Source of the DNA: Candidatus Woesearchaeota archaeon
GTDB lineage: Archaea; Nanobdellota; Nanobdellia; SCGC-AAA011-G17; JACPNG01
Reading direction: 5' to 3'
Length of the DNA stretch: 64,000 nucleotides
NCBI GenBank assembly: GCA_016185615.1
Contig: JACPNE010000003.1
Location: forward strand, 6,265-70,264
The position numbers and the translations under genes are program-made. Shown here one piece after another: positions 19,612 through 28,479 of this stretch. The notes below the pieces were generated by a model. That model searched no databases, was not told where the DNA came from, and was given only the letters and a program-made list of their open reading frames with translations. The stretch's first letter is position 1. Each line of letters starts with the position of its first letter.

Positions 19612-21282
19612 ATGGCCTTTTTTGATGCGTTAAGAGATATTAGAAGAATAAAAAATGTTGTTGGTGTTATGTTCAAGTATGAACTTGGATATTTCTTAGA
19701 AAAATTAGACCTAAAAAATTATCTTCCATTCAATAAAAAACTACAAACAACTAAATTCTCAAAGCCGGATTCTATTCCAAAAAGATTAAGGTTGGCTATT
19801 GACGAGTTGAATGGTGGTTTTGTTAAGTTGGGTCAATTACTAAGCTTAAGACCAGACTTAATTCCAAAAGAATATTGTGAAGAATTCTCAAAACTTCAAG
19901 ACAATGTCAATCCTTTAAGTTATAGACAAGTAAAAGTAGTAATAGAAAATGAATTTAAAATATCATTAAATAAGTTATTTTTAGATTTTGGGAAAGAACC
20001 CATAGCTTCTGCTTCAATAGGGCAAGTCCATAAAGCACAGCTCAAGACAGGAGAATTTGTAGCAGTAAAAGTCCAAAGACCAGATATAGAAAACTTATTT
20101 GAGGCCGATATTGATTTAATGTATAAATTGGCTAAAATTCTAGAAAATAATATTCCAGAGACAAAAATTTATAGACCAATTCAAATTGTAAAAGAGTTTG
20201 AAGATTATACAAAAAAAGAATTGGATTACACTTTAGAAGCTAAAAATATAGATGATTTTTATAATTTAAATAAAGATAAAGAAATTATCGCTCCAAAAGT
20301 TGTATGGGAATATACAAAAAAGAAAGTTCTGACAATGGAATTCATAGAAGGTAAGAAAATTCATGAAATAAAAAATTTTAAGGAAATAAATTCAGACCCA
20401 AAAATTATTATGAAGAACATTGCTTCATCAATAATAAAACAGATTTTAGAATATAAAATATTTCATGCAGATCCCCATCCTGGAAATTTATTATTATTAG
20501 GAAAAAATAAAGTTGCATTACTGGATTTTGGTATTGTGGGGAGATTGAATGATGAGTTAGCTGAAAAAATAGAAAATGTTTTCATAGCATTAATGAAGCC
20601 TGATTCAAAATTATTAACTGAAAGTTTGATAGATTTAAATTTTGCAGAAAGCCATGTATCTCAAAATGAGTTAAAAAATGACTTATCAGTTCATCTGTCA
20701 AGATATTATTCAATAAAATCTGAGAATCTAAATTTATCAGAAGCAATGTATGATTTATTAGCAATAGCAAGAAAACATAATTTACAGCTTCCGGATAATT
20801 TTGTTCTTTTAATCAAAAGTTTAATCACAACAGAGGGATTGGCAAAAATAATCTATCCAGAATTTAATTTTATAGAAGAATTAAGGCCATATACAAATAA
20901 TTTAATAAAGAAAAAGTCATCAACAAGGTATGTTCTGGGCTCATTAAAAGAAATTTTATTAGATTTTAAGAATAGCATTTCAAACGCCCCAAGAGAGATA
21001 AAAAAAACTGTAAAAGCAATACAATCTCCAAAAGTAAAGATTGATATAGATGATACAGACATCCAAAAATTTGTTATAGAATTGGACAGATCAAGTAACA
21101 GAATAACATTTGGTTTGATTATAGCTGCTTTGCTTGTTGGGGCAGCATTGGTATTTGCAGCAGACTTGCCACCATATATATTTAATTTGTCATTAATGGG
21201 GATAATATTTTTAATAGTTGCAATGATTGTTTCTATTATGCTAATATCATCAATACGCAAAGAGGGGAGGTTCAAAAGATGA
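19612..21282 (+). CDS. ABC1/UbiB (AarF) atypical kinase with C-terminal TM helices
   Basis: FVKLGQLLSLRPD, ASASIGQVH, VAVKVQRP, FHADPHPGN, LDFG. Confidence 0.92.
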   Translation: MAFFDALRDIRRIKNVVGVMFKYELGYFLEKLDLKNYLPFNKKLQTTKFSKPDSIPKRLRLAIDELNGGFVKLGQLLSLRPDLIPKEYCEEFSKLQDNVNPLSYRQVKVVIENEFKISLNKLFLDFGKEPIASASIGQVHKAQLKTGEFVAVKVQRPDIENLFEADIDLMYKLAKILENNIPETKIYRPIQIVKEFEDYTKKELDYTLEAKNIDDFYNLNKDKEIIAPKVVWEYTKKKVLTMEFIEGKKIHEIKNFKEINSDPKIIMKNIASSIIKQILEYKIFHADPHPGNLLLLGKNKVALLDFGIVGRLNDELAEKIENVFIALMKPDSKLLTESLIDLNFAESHVSQNELKNDLSVHLSRYYSIKSENLNLSEAMYDLLAIARKHNLQLPDNFVLLIKSLITTEGLAKIIYPEFNFIEELRPYTNNLIKKKSSTRYVLGSLKEILLDFKNSISNAPREIKKTVKAIQSPKVKIDIDDTDIQKFVIELDRSSNRITFGLIIAALLVGAALVFAADLPPYIFNLSLMGIIFLIVAMIVSIMLISSIRKEGRFKR

Positions 21283-21515
21283 TAAGAGAATTTATTAGAA
21301 GAACTTTTGGGTTTGGAGCAAAAACAATATTGGACAATAGAGATTTAGATAGGAAAGATTTGAAAGACATGACAAAAAACGTGATTAATGAGTCAGTAAA
21401 AGAAGAAAAAAGGCTAAAAAATGTAATGAGGAAAGAGGTAAAAAAATCCATCAAAAGAGTTGCTTCTAAAGCAAAAGTTTCCAAAAAGAAAGCTAAAAGA
21501 AAAAAGAGGAGATAG
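21279..21515 (+). CDS. Small basic helical protein (possibly phasin-like UbiB partner)
   Basis: ATGA overlap with the UbiB gene; amphipathic helices; Lys-rich tail. Confidence 0.5.
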   Translation: MIREFIRRTFGFGAKTILDNRDLDRKDLKDMTKNVINESVKEEKRLKNVMRKEVKKSIKRVASKAKVSKKKAKRKKRR

Positions 21516-21516
21516 A

Positions 21517-22362
21517 TTGACAATAGAGAATATACTATTGACTGTAGGCATTGTTGGATTAGTGGCTGCTTCTGTTTCTGATATAAAGACAAAAGAAGTT
21601 CCTGACTGGATAAGCTACAGTATGATATTCTCTGGAATATTTCTAAGATTGATCTTTTCAGCAAAAACTTTTATTTGGTCTTTCTTTTTTATTGGACTTT
21701 TGGGATTTTTTAGTATGTTATTGCTTGGAAATCTAATGTACTACACAAAACAATGGGGTGGGGGAGACACAAAAATCATGATGGGTATTGGTGCATTATT
21801 TGCTACCATAAATGAACAAAATTTATTTTTGCTTAATTTGATAATTAATTTACTCATTGTTGGAGCCATATATGGATTAGTATGGAGTATTATACTTGCA
21901 ATCAAAAACAAAGATAAATTTTTGAAAGAAATGCATAAAAAAATGAGAGATAATAAAAGATTGGGTTTAATATTATTAATAATATCAATAATTCTAACAA
22001 TAAATCTTCTCTTTGTACAAAATACAATAGTTAAAATATTTATATTTACAATTGTTTTGTTGGTTGGATTATATTATTATCTATTAATTGTTATAAAAGC
22101 AATTGAAGATTCTTCAATGTACAAGATGATTTCTGTATCTAAGCTAACTGAAGGCGATTGGATAGCACACAATATCAAACTAAATCATAGGATTATATAC
22201 AAAAAATCTAGTTTGGGTGTAACGAAAGACCAACTTAGTCTTATAAAAAAGTCAAAAATAAAGAGAGTATTGATAAAAGAAGGCATTCCATTTATTCCTT
22301 CTATATTTATAGCAACACTAATAACTTTAGTTTATGGGAGTTTAGTTTCTTTATTAGTTTAG
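21517..22362 (+). CDS. Prepilin/preflagellin peptidase (A24, PibD/FlaK-like); TTG start at 21517 preferred over 21460
   Basis: SDIK..EVPD and WGGGD catalytic Asp motifs; multi-TM; C-terminal EGIPFIPS; GGAG SD before the TTG. Confidence 0.88.
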   Translation: MTIENILLTVGIVGLVAASVSDIKTKEVPDWISYSMIFSGIFLRLIFSAKTFIWSFFFIGLLGFFSMLLLGNLMYYTKQWGGGDTKIMMGIGALFATINEQNLFLLNLIINLLIVGAIYGLVWSIILAIKNKDKFLKEMHKKMRDNKRLGLILLIISIILTINLLFVQNTIVKIFIFTIVLLVGLYYYLLIVIKAIEDSSMYKMISVSKLTEGDWIAHNIKLNHRIIYKKSSLGVTKDQLSLIKKSKIKRVLIKEGIPFIPSIFIATLITLVYGSLVSLLV

Positions 22363-22967
22363 GCCTTTCTTTCTTCTTCCCAATACTCAGTAAGTGTCTT
22401 TTTAGTCAATTTAACCTCTTTATGGGTTGAGATATTCTCTTTTATTTTCTTAGCTAGATTAGACATTTCATCATCACCTATTTTTTTGAAATTCCATTTA
22501 AAATCTATTCCATCATCTTTGTATCTTGGAATTAGATGTATTATTATGTGTGGAGAATTCTGACCAGCTATTTGACCATTGGCAACAAATATATTATTTC
22601 CATCCGCATTTAAACCATTGATCATAGCCAATGATACTTTATTAATAATTTTGAATAAATGTTGCACTTCCGTATCAGAAAGTTGAAATAAGAATTGATG
22701 ATGTTTTTTCGGGAAGATTATCGTGTGCCCTTTGTTTGCCGGATTAATATCAAGAATGCCCATTACAATTCCGTCTTCATAAACAATTTTAGAATCTATT
22801 TTTTTCTCAGCTATACCACAAAATGGGCATTGCTGTTTTGTTAGTTCATGTAATTCTTCCGGTGGCAATTCATTCAGAATTTCTTGTAATTTTTTCTGCT
22901 GCTCTTCAGGACTTAAGTCTTTTATTCTTTCTTGTATCTCTTTTATTCTCTCTTCAGATAATGCCAT
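22359..22967 (-). CDS. HIT-family protein with degenerate triad
   Basis: CPFC, LDINPANKGH; HIIIH in place of HxHxH. Confidence 0.85.
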   Translation of the reverse strand: MALSEERIKEIQERIKDLSPEEQQKKLQEILNELPPEELHELTKQQCPFCGIAEKKIDSKIVYEDGIVMGILDINPANKGHTIIFPKKHHQFLFQLSDTEVQHLFKIINKVSLAMINGLNADGNNIFVANGQIAGQNSPHIIIHLIPRYKDDGIDFKWNFKKIGDDEMSNLAKKIKENISTHKEVKLTKKTLTEYWEEERKA

Positions 22968-23007
22968 GATAAGTTAATTATTTAAAGCATTAAAAAACTT
23001 TTCATTA

Positions 23008-23649
23008 ATGATTTCAATTATAATTCCAGCTTATAATGAAGAGAAATATATTGAGAAAACATTAAAATCAATCAAGAAACAAAATTTTAAGCATTATGAG
23101 ATAATAGTTGTATGTAACGGCTGCACTGACAATACAAAAGATATAGCAAAAAAATATGCAGATAAGGTTCTAGTTATAAAAGAAGCAAATGTTATGGCTG
23201 CAAAGAATAAGGGCGCTTCTGTATCAAAGTATAAAAAATTAATTTTTTTGGATGCTGATACTAAATTTAATGATTCTAATGCATTGTACAAAATATCAAA
23301 AGATAAATGGGATATTTCAACATGTTTTTTCTTGCCAAATGATTTCAAATTAAGATATATTCCGTTTTTTATCATCAAAAATTTATCCAATTTTTTCGGG
23401 ACTGCAAACGGAATAATAATCTGTGATAAAGAAAAGTTCCATAAAATTGGGGGATTCAATGTAAAAAGATATCCTTTAGAAAATAGGGATTTGATTATAA
23501 GATTTAAAAGAATTGGTAATTTTCATGTTGTTCCTTTATTTGTTGTTACATCAATGAGAAGGCATGATAAATGGGGACTGTATAGCTTATGGTATTGGAG
23601 CAAAAGTTTAATATTCAACAATAAAGAAAGATATGAAGCAGTAAGATAA
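23008..23649 (+). CDS. Glycosyltransferase family 2
   Basis: ISIIIPAYNEE, FLDAD, GGF, TSMRR. Confidence 0.9.
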   Translation: MISIIIPAYNEEKYIEKTLKSIKKQNFKHYEIIVVCNGCTDNTKDIAKKYADKVLVIKEANVMAAKNKGASVSKYKKLIFLDADTKFNDSNALYKISKDKWDISTCFFLPNDFKLRYIPFFIIKNLSNFFGTANGIIICDKEKFHKIGGFNVKRYPLENRDLIIRFKRIGNFHVVPLFVVTSMRRHDKWGLYSLWYWSKSLIFNNKERYEAVR

Positions 23650-23925
23650 TTAACCAACTGCCCTTCTAACATCAACAACCTCAACAGAATTAACTCCATC
23701 TATTTCTCTAATTTGGTCTTCCAAATCATCTGTTCCACCTTTTGATTCATCCATAATACATATTAGTTTTATGGCTTTTAAACCAAAAGCAATTGGTTCT
23801 ATTTCAGTTTTTCCTACATGAACCCCATAGTCTTCTATTTTAGAGATTGCTTCATCTTTAACAGAGTCTATATCAGTTTCAGGGCTTTCCAGCATAATCT
23901 TAAAAGTTATTACAACATTTGCCAT
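23650..23925 (-). CDS. ef1b: Elongation factor 1-beta
   Basis: EPIAFGLKAI, GGTDDLE, SVEV. Confidence 0.95.
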   Translation of the reverse strand: MANVVITFKIMLESPETDIDSVKDEAISKIEDYGVHVGKTEIEPIAFGLKAIKLICIMDESKGGTDDLEDQIREIDGVNSVEVVDVRRAVG

Positions 23926-23926
23926 T

Positions 23927-24109
23927 TTAATTAGGACCTGAGAATTTACATTCAGGGCAAGTATATCTTGTGGCTATTTTCCTTTCATGTAAGCTTCTTA
24001 TTATAATATATTTTCCACAGTTAGGGCACTTGAATTTAGTAGAACCCTTCTCATTAGTAATTTCTTCCCCACTTGCACTTTTAATCATTTTTAATTCAGC
24101 CATAAACAT
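23927..24109 (-). CDS. Zn-ribbon protein (DUF1610-like)
   Basis: FKCPNCG...YTCPECKFSGP, in the conserved position upstream of EF-1beta. Confidence 0.85.
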   Translation of the reverse strand: MFMAELKMIKSASGEEITNEKGSTKFKCPNCGKYIIIRSLHERKIATRYTCPECKFSGPN

Positions 24110-24165
24110 TCTCTATAAAATCCATTTATAAAACTTTTTATATTTAAGATTAGTTAAGAACAAAT

Positions 24166-24253
24166 GCCCTTATGGTGTAATCTGGACTAAGCACAGAAGC
24201 TTGCGGTTCTAAGCAAAAAGCTTCAAATCTGGGTTCAAATCCCAGTAGGGGCA
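24166..24253 (+). tRNA. tRNA-Arg(GCG) with 12-nt intron at 37/38 (24207-24218)
   Basis: GCCCTTA...GAAGC-TTGCGG[TTCTAAGCAAAA]A-GCTTC...CTGGG-TTCAAAT-CCCAG-TAGGGGCA; BHB helix TTGC/GCAA. Confidence 0.88.
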
Positions 24254-24332
24254 ATATCATTCATTTAATTGTAAAAGAAGATACATAATAAATTATCCAA
24301 GTATTAATATATTTTAATTTTTTATTTGATGT

Positions 24333-24647
24333 ATGCAGATTAGAAGGAGTTTTGATAATTTAGTAGATAAAATATTGAAAGAAGTTTCTATAAAAATAGC
24401 TAAACATGAATTTGAAGAAGCAATTAGATATACTTCAGATAAGGTTTATTATCGAATTGTCCAGAGCACTAATCCAATATTTTCACATCATAAACCAAGA
24501 GATTTAACTGTTAATGAAAAAGTAAAGAATAGAGTTTATTTCTTCCTAAAAGAATATATTCCTGAATCTTACTTAGATTATGGATGGAAAAAAGTTAAAG
24601 AAGAGGGAAGTAAACCAGTTAAATTAAATTTGTCCCATAATTATTAA
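24333..24647 (+). CDS. Hypothetical protein
   Basis: 104-aa ORF downstream of the tRNA, converging on radA. Confidence 0.55.
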   Translation: MQIRRSFDNLVDKILKEVSIKIAKHEFEEAIRYTSDKVYYRIVQSTNPIFSHHKPRDLTVNEKVKNRVYFFLKEYIPESYLDYGWKKVKEEGSKPVKLNLSHNY

Positions 24648-25603
24648 ACATCCCTAATTCCACCTTCGCTTATCTCAAATATGGCTTCTCCATCAGGCAT
24701 TGCCGGAGCATCTACAAGTTTAGCTACCCTTGTTCCTTTTTTTCCTCTTCTTAAATAAATTCTATAAGTAGATGCATGTGCTAATACATGTCCACCGATA
24801 GCCTCAGTGGGATCTCCAAAGAAGACATCTGGCCTTGCCATAACTTGGTTTGTTATATATACTGCAATATTATACTTATTTGCTAATTTCATCAATGCAT
24901 GCATATGTTTATTCAGTTTTTGTTGTCTATCAGCTAATTGTCCCCTTCCGGAAAAATCACTCCTAAAATGACTCATCAAAGAATCAACAATAATTAATTT
25001 AATTGGTAATCCTTCTTTTATCAAATCTTCAACCTTTTCAGCTAATAACATTTGATGATCTGAATTAAAAGACCTAACTCCTCTAAAATTTCTTAATGCC
25101 TCTTCTCCATTTAATCCCTTTGCTTCTGCTAATTTTTTTATAAATTCTGGTCTTAATGTTGATTCAGAGTCAATCCAGACAGCCATCCCTTCAGCCCCAC
25201 CTTTATCCCTAGGAAGTTGAACATTAACAGCTAATTGATGCGCTAAGGTTGTTTTTCCAGAGCCATATTGTCCATAAGCCTCTGTTATTGCCCCAGTTTC
25301 TACCCCCCCACCAATTAATGAATCAAAAGCTTTACTATTTGTTGTTATTTTTATTATCTGTTCCCTCTTCTTAAGTAAATCTTCTCCACTCTCAAAACCC
25401 ATATCTAATTTTGTCCTAGCTACACTAATTATTCTTTTAGCTACATTATCACCCATGCCACATGCATCAACTAATTCAGCAGGAGATGCAACAGCAATTG
25501 ACATTAAATCTGTATATCCGGACTCCATTAACTTTTCTGCTGTTGCTGATCCAACTCCCGGTAGATCTTGAATAGTAAGTTCTTTAGTTTCTTTTGTTGC
25601 CAT
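24644..25603 (-). CDS. radA: DNA repair and recombination protein RadA
   Basis: HhH N-domain (DLPGVG), GQYGSGKT, IVDSL, GRGQLADRQQKL, TNQV; no intein. Confidence 0.97.
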   Translation of the reverse strand: MATKETKELTIQDLPGVGSATAEKLMESGYTDLMSIAVASPAELVDACGMGDNVAKRIISVARTKLDMGFESGEDLLKKREQIIKITTNSKAFDSLIGGGVETGAITEAYGQYGSGKTTLAHQLAVNVQLPRDKGGAEGMAVWIDSESTLRPEFIKKLAEAKGLNGEEALRNFRGVRSFNSDHQMLLAEKVEDLIKEGLPIKLIIVDSLMSHFRSDFSGRGQLADRQQKLNKHMHALMKLANKYNIAVYITNQVMARPDVFFGDPTEAIGGHVLAHASTYRIYLRRGKKGTRVAKLVDAPAMPDGEAIFEISEGGIRDV

Positions 25604-25605
25604 CT

Positions 25606-25893
25606 TTATTCATCCCCCTCATTTTCTTCTGTGTTTTCCTTTTCTTGCTCTTTATTAACTTCAAAAAACAAATAATCTTGGGCTTTGTTTAATAAAAGTT
25701 GGAGTCTTACAATATCTTGTCTTCTCAAGTTATTAATAACTTCAGACCTCCAGATATCTTCCTTCTTTTTCTTATAGCTCTTTGTTATACTAAAAGTTTT
25801 GTAAGAAAGCTCTCCTCCTTCAAACTCCTTTTTATTATCCCAGATAGATAAGTCCATATTGCCTATCCTCCATTTTTGTATTGGTCTTGTCAT
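25606..25893 (-). CDS. Putative small ssDNA-binding protein (PC4/Whirly-like) with acidic tail
   Basis: Beta-rich with conserved-looking Trp (SIWDN, KSYK..IW), then a helix and EKENTEENEGDE tail; 2 nt from radA. Confidence 0.55.
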   Translation of the reverse strand: MTRPIQKWRIGNMDLSIWDNKKEFEGGELSYKTFSITKSYKKKKEDIWRSEVINNLRRQDIVRLQLLLNKAQDYLFFEVNKEQEKENTEENEGDE

Positions 25894-25985
25894 TTTTCCT
25901 CCTTTGCTTTCGCATTTTGTTTCAACAGTCCTAGAAATAGCTCCAATTAGTCTCCCTTTTCGGAACTTATTTCATGAGACTAATA
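25894..25985 (-). promoter_or_regulatory. Structured 5' leader of the putative ssb-radA transcript
   Basis: ATTAGTCTC/GAGACTAAT stem; crossing GAAATAAGTTCC/GGAGCTATTTC pairing; TGC-GAAA-GCA tetraloop before SD GGAGG; TTTATAAATA box upstream. Confidence 0.55.
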
Positions 25986-26061
25986 GTATAATATCAAGTT
26001 TATTTATAAATCTGGCGCGTGGTTGTCCGCTGTCCGCTACGTATATACTAGAAAATATATA

Positions 26062-26526
26062 TTAAAAAACATTATTTATTGTAATTGCTATAAACACTAA
26101 TATTGTTGCTAGTAAAGCATATTCTAATATCCCTCCAGTCTTGATAAAACCTTTAAGATGTAAATTATTAAATGGTCTCAGGAAGCTTATTCCTGTAGTT
26201 GTTAATGAGTCTATCAATAAATGGGAAATAAATCCAATCAGAAAAGCAAATCCAACTACTGGGTAGCCAAACAAGCTTATAACTATGAAAATTGCTATTG
26301 GAATATATATTGTATGCATTAATCCCCTGTGCCCAAATAATAATTCTAACAAAAAAGACAAAGGTTTTATTTTAGATCCTATTCTGGAAGACATTTTATC
26401 TAAATCAGCTAAAGCAGCCCCAAATATGACAGCTAAGATAAAGATAGATTGATTTGGAACCTCAATTAGAGTCATAGTTAGTAATGCAACTAAAAATCCG
26501 AAAGCTATATGGGTTATGAACATCAT
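26062..26526 (-). CDS. Membrane-bound metal-dependent hydrolase (YdjM-like)
   Basis: TH, ADLD, HRGLMHT, SHLLID.LT..G motifs. Confidence 0.88.
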   Translation of the reverse strand: MMFITHIAFGFLVALLTMTLIEVPNQSIFILAVIFGAALADLDKMSSRIGSKIKPLSFLLELLFGHRGLMHTIYIPIAIFIVISLFGYPVVGFAFLIGFISHLLIDSLTTTGISFLRPFNNLHLKGFIKTGGILEYALLATILVFIAITINNVF

Positions 26527-27521
26527 TTTAGCTTGCTTAACAATTCATTCATTGATTCTTTTAGGTTAATCTCCTCTACAGAGTTTGTTATAAACTCTAA
26601 TCTATCAAACATATCATTCCTTACAACCTTACCATTGATTATTATCTGACTTCCCAATAATCTTTCTCTTGCATCAGAAAATTTGTTTATATCCTCTTTT
26701 AAGTTTAAAACTTCTTTATCATCCAACTTTAATATTTTAGAAACATTATCCCTAAAAGCAACTACCCTTATATTATCTGTTCCATCATCAAAGAATAAGT
26801 TTAGGATTGGATTAAAATTCTCCTTGACATTTCCATGTACATCACATTTATACTTGTCTCCATTAAGAGTAAGTTTTTTACTGCATTCTGGGCAAGCCGG
26901 ATAAAATTTAGGCTCAAATAATTGGACTATTGTTCCAACAATAGAAACATTATCTCCTAACTTAAGGTCTTTAATTTTTTTCTTCTGCAGTCTTTTTTGT
27001 AAGTTAATAAAAACATTTCCTACAAACTCATTTTCAGGATTAAGTTGAATAGAACTTGATTTGTTTAGATGTACTTCTTTAAATCCGTTATTTTCCCTTA
27101 TATATCCATTTCTTACTAATAATATATCTCCTTCATTTACTTCTTCCATTGATTTTATCTGTGATTCATCCCATATTACTATCCTTATTGCTCCGGTTTC
27201 ATCCCCAACTAATAAACTCTGCACTTTTCCTTGTCTGTCTTGTTTCTTATATTCTATAACTTCATTCTTTTGAACTATCTTAACAAGAATTTCTATATTT
27301 GAAATTCCAGTCATTAATTCATTAACTTTGTATCTTTTTTTGCTTAAATCAAATATTTTTATTCCTAGTTCATTAGCTACTATATAAGCAGCCCCATCCT
27401 TACTTATCAAATCATTAAGCTGTTTTATTTTAGAATTTACTCTTGATTCTATCTCTTCATTGCTAAGATTCTTTTCTTCTTTTATTCTCTTTACAATGTC
27501 TTCATAAGTCGCTTTGTACAT
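26523..27521 (-). CDS. rpa: Replication protein A (OB folds plus Zn finger)
   Basis: GDETGAIRIVIW; CPEC...CDVH; FDDGTDNIRVVAF. Confidence 0.9.
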   Translation of the reverse strand: MYKATYEDIVKRIKEEKNLSNEEIESRVNSKIKQLNDLISKDGAAYIVANELGIKIFDLSKKRYKVNELMTGISNIEILVKIVQKNEVIEYKKQDRQGKVQSLLVGDETGAIRIVIWDESQIKSMEEVNEGDILLVRNGYIRENNGFKEVHLNKSSSIQLNPENEFVGNVFINLQKRLQKKKIKDLKLGDNVSIVGTIVQLFEPKFYPACPECSKKLTLNGDKYKCDVHGNVKENFNPILNLFFDDGTDNIRVVAFRDNVSKILKLDDKEVLNLKEDINKFSDARERLLGSQIIINGKVVRNDMFDRLEFITNSVEEINLKESMNELLSKLK

Positions 27522-27525
27522 TTTT

Positions 27526-28467
27526 TCAAAATTGATTAAACTCTTGTTCTACTGCAACAACAGGAATTTGTTTTGTTGCTACAACAGTTTTATATGGATA
27601 AGCTAATTTTATTATTAAAGGATTTTGGAAATAATTAGTTTCTGCTGGTAAACTAACTGTTAAAGTGCAGTAAGCCTCTCTTGTTTTTATCGTATCAGTA
27701 AATTTGATTATATTTTGATTGCAATTAAAAACCCCACTCCCCTCCAGATTAATGGCTCCGGCTATATTCAAACTTCTATCCTCATTATTAATCCGTCCAT
27801 CACTTCCACCAAAATCTTGGAAAGTAATTATTAAAGTTACAAATGCTTGGTCATTAACTGCATCAGTCTGTTGTTTTATGCTAGTTATTGCAACAGGTGA
27901 ATTGCGTGCATCAGGTCCAAGATCATTAATACTAAAGGAAGTTCTCGAAGTACATTCTTGTTCCCTTACATTCGCTTCTTCCCCCTTCACACATAGCTGG
28001 GTTATAAAATCCGCTTCATAGTCATATTCTAACTCTGCTCTTATTGCCGCGTTGGTTAAACTGCTATAAGAATATGCAAAAGTATCAAAATCAATCTCTT
28101 CTTCAACAACGGTTTGTCCAAATTCAGCTTCTCTTCCTTTTATTAAAAAACTTCTTGATATTCTTCCAGGAATAGCTTCTAAATTTCCTGTAGGGGTATC
28201 AGATAAATAAACTATTCCAGAAATATCCTTTGTTCCCCAATTCTGTAATAATGCTTCAACCCTAAAAGGAATCCCAATTCTTATTCTGTCTTGTGGCGGT
28301 TTTCCTTCTACGAATTTTAATGTAACTCCCCTATTAGATAATTGCCCTGGCTGATTAGGATTAACTTCAGTTGCAACATTTCTTGGCTGGGAATTAAAAG
28401 GTAATGTTGCACATCCAGAAACAACTACAACAAGGATTAATACTAATAAAAGAACTATATGCCTCAT
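27526..28467 (-). CDS. Putative lipoprotein at the end of the pilin operon
   Basis: VVVVSG|C lipobox-like signal; paralog of 16150-17109. Confidence 0.7.
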   Translation of the reverse strand: MRHIVLLLVLILVVVVSGCATLPFNSQPRNVATEVNPNQPGQLSNRGVTLKFVEGKPPQDRIRIGIPFRVEALLQNWGTKDISGIVYLSDTPTGNLEAIPGRISRSFLIKGREAEFGQTVVEEEIDFDTFAYSYSSLTNAAIRAELEYDYEADFITQLCVKGEEANVREQECTSRTSFSINDLGPDARNSPVAITSIKQQTDAVNDQAFVTLIITFQDFGGSDGRINNEDRSLNIAGAINLEGSGVFNCNQNIIKFTDTIKTREAYCTLTVSLPAETNYFQNPLIIKLAYPYKTVVATKQIPVVAVEQEFNQF

Positions 28468-28479
28468 CTAATTAAAAAA

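Noticed and set aside
24253..24647. Possible integrated element after tRNA-Arg
   Set aside because: Only one orphan ORF; no integrase and no duplicated tRNA 3' end seen.
25900..25935. CUGUUGA...GAAA resembling a hammerhead ribozyme core
   Set aside because: Core mismatch to CUGANGA and stems I-III cannot be formed.
25859..26065. 68-aa plus-strand ORF over the radA leader
   Set aside because: TTG start, overlaps a real gene antisense; better explained as promoter plus structured leader.
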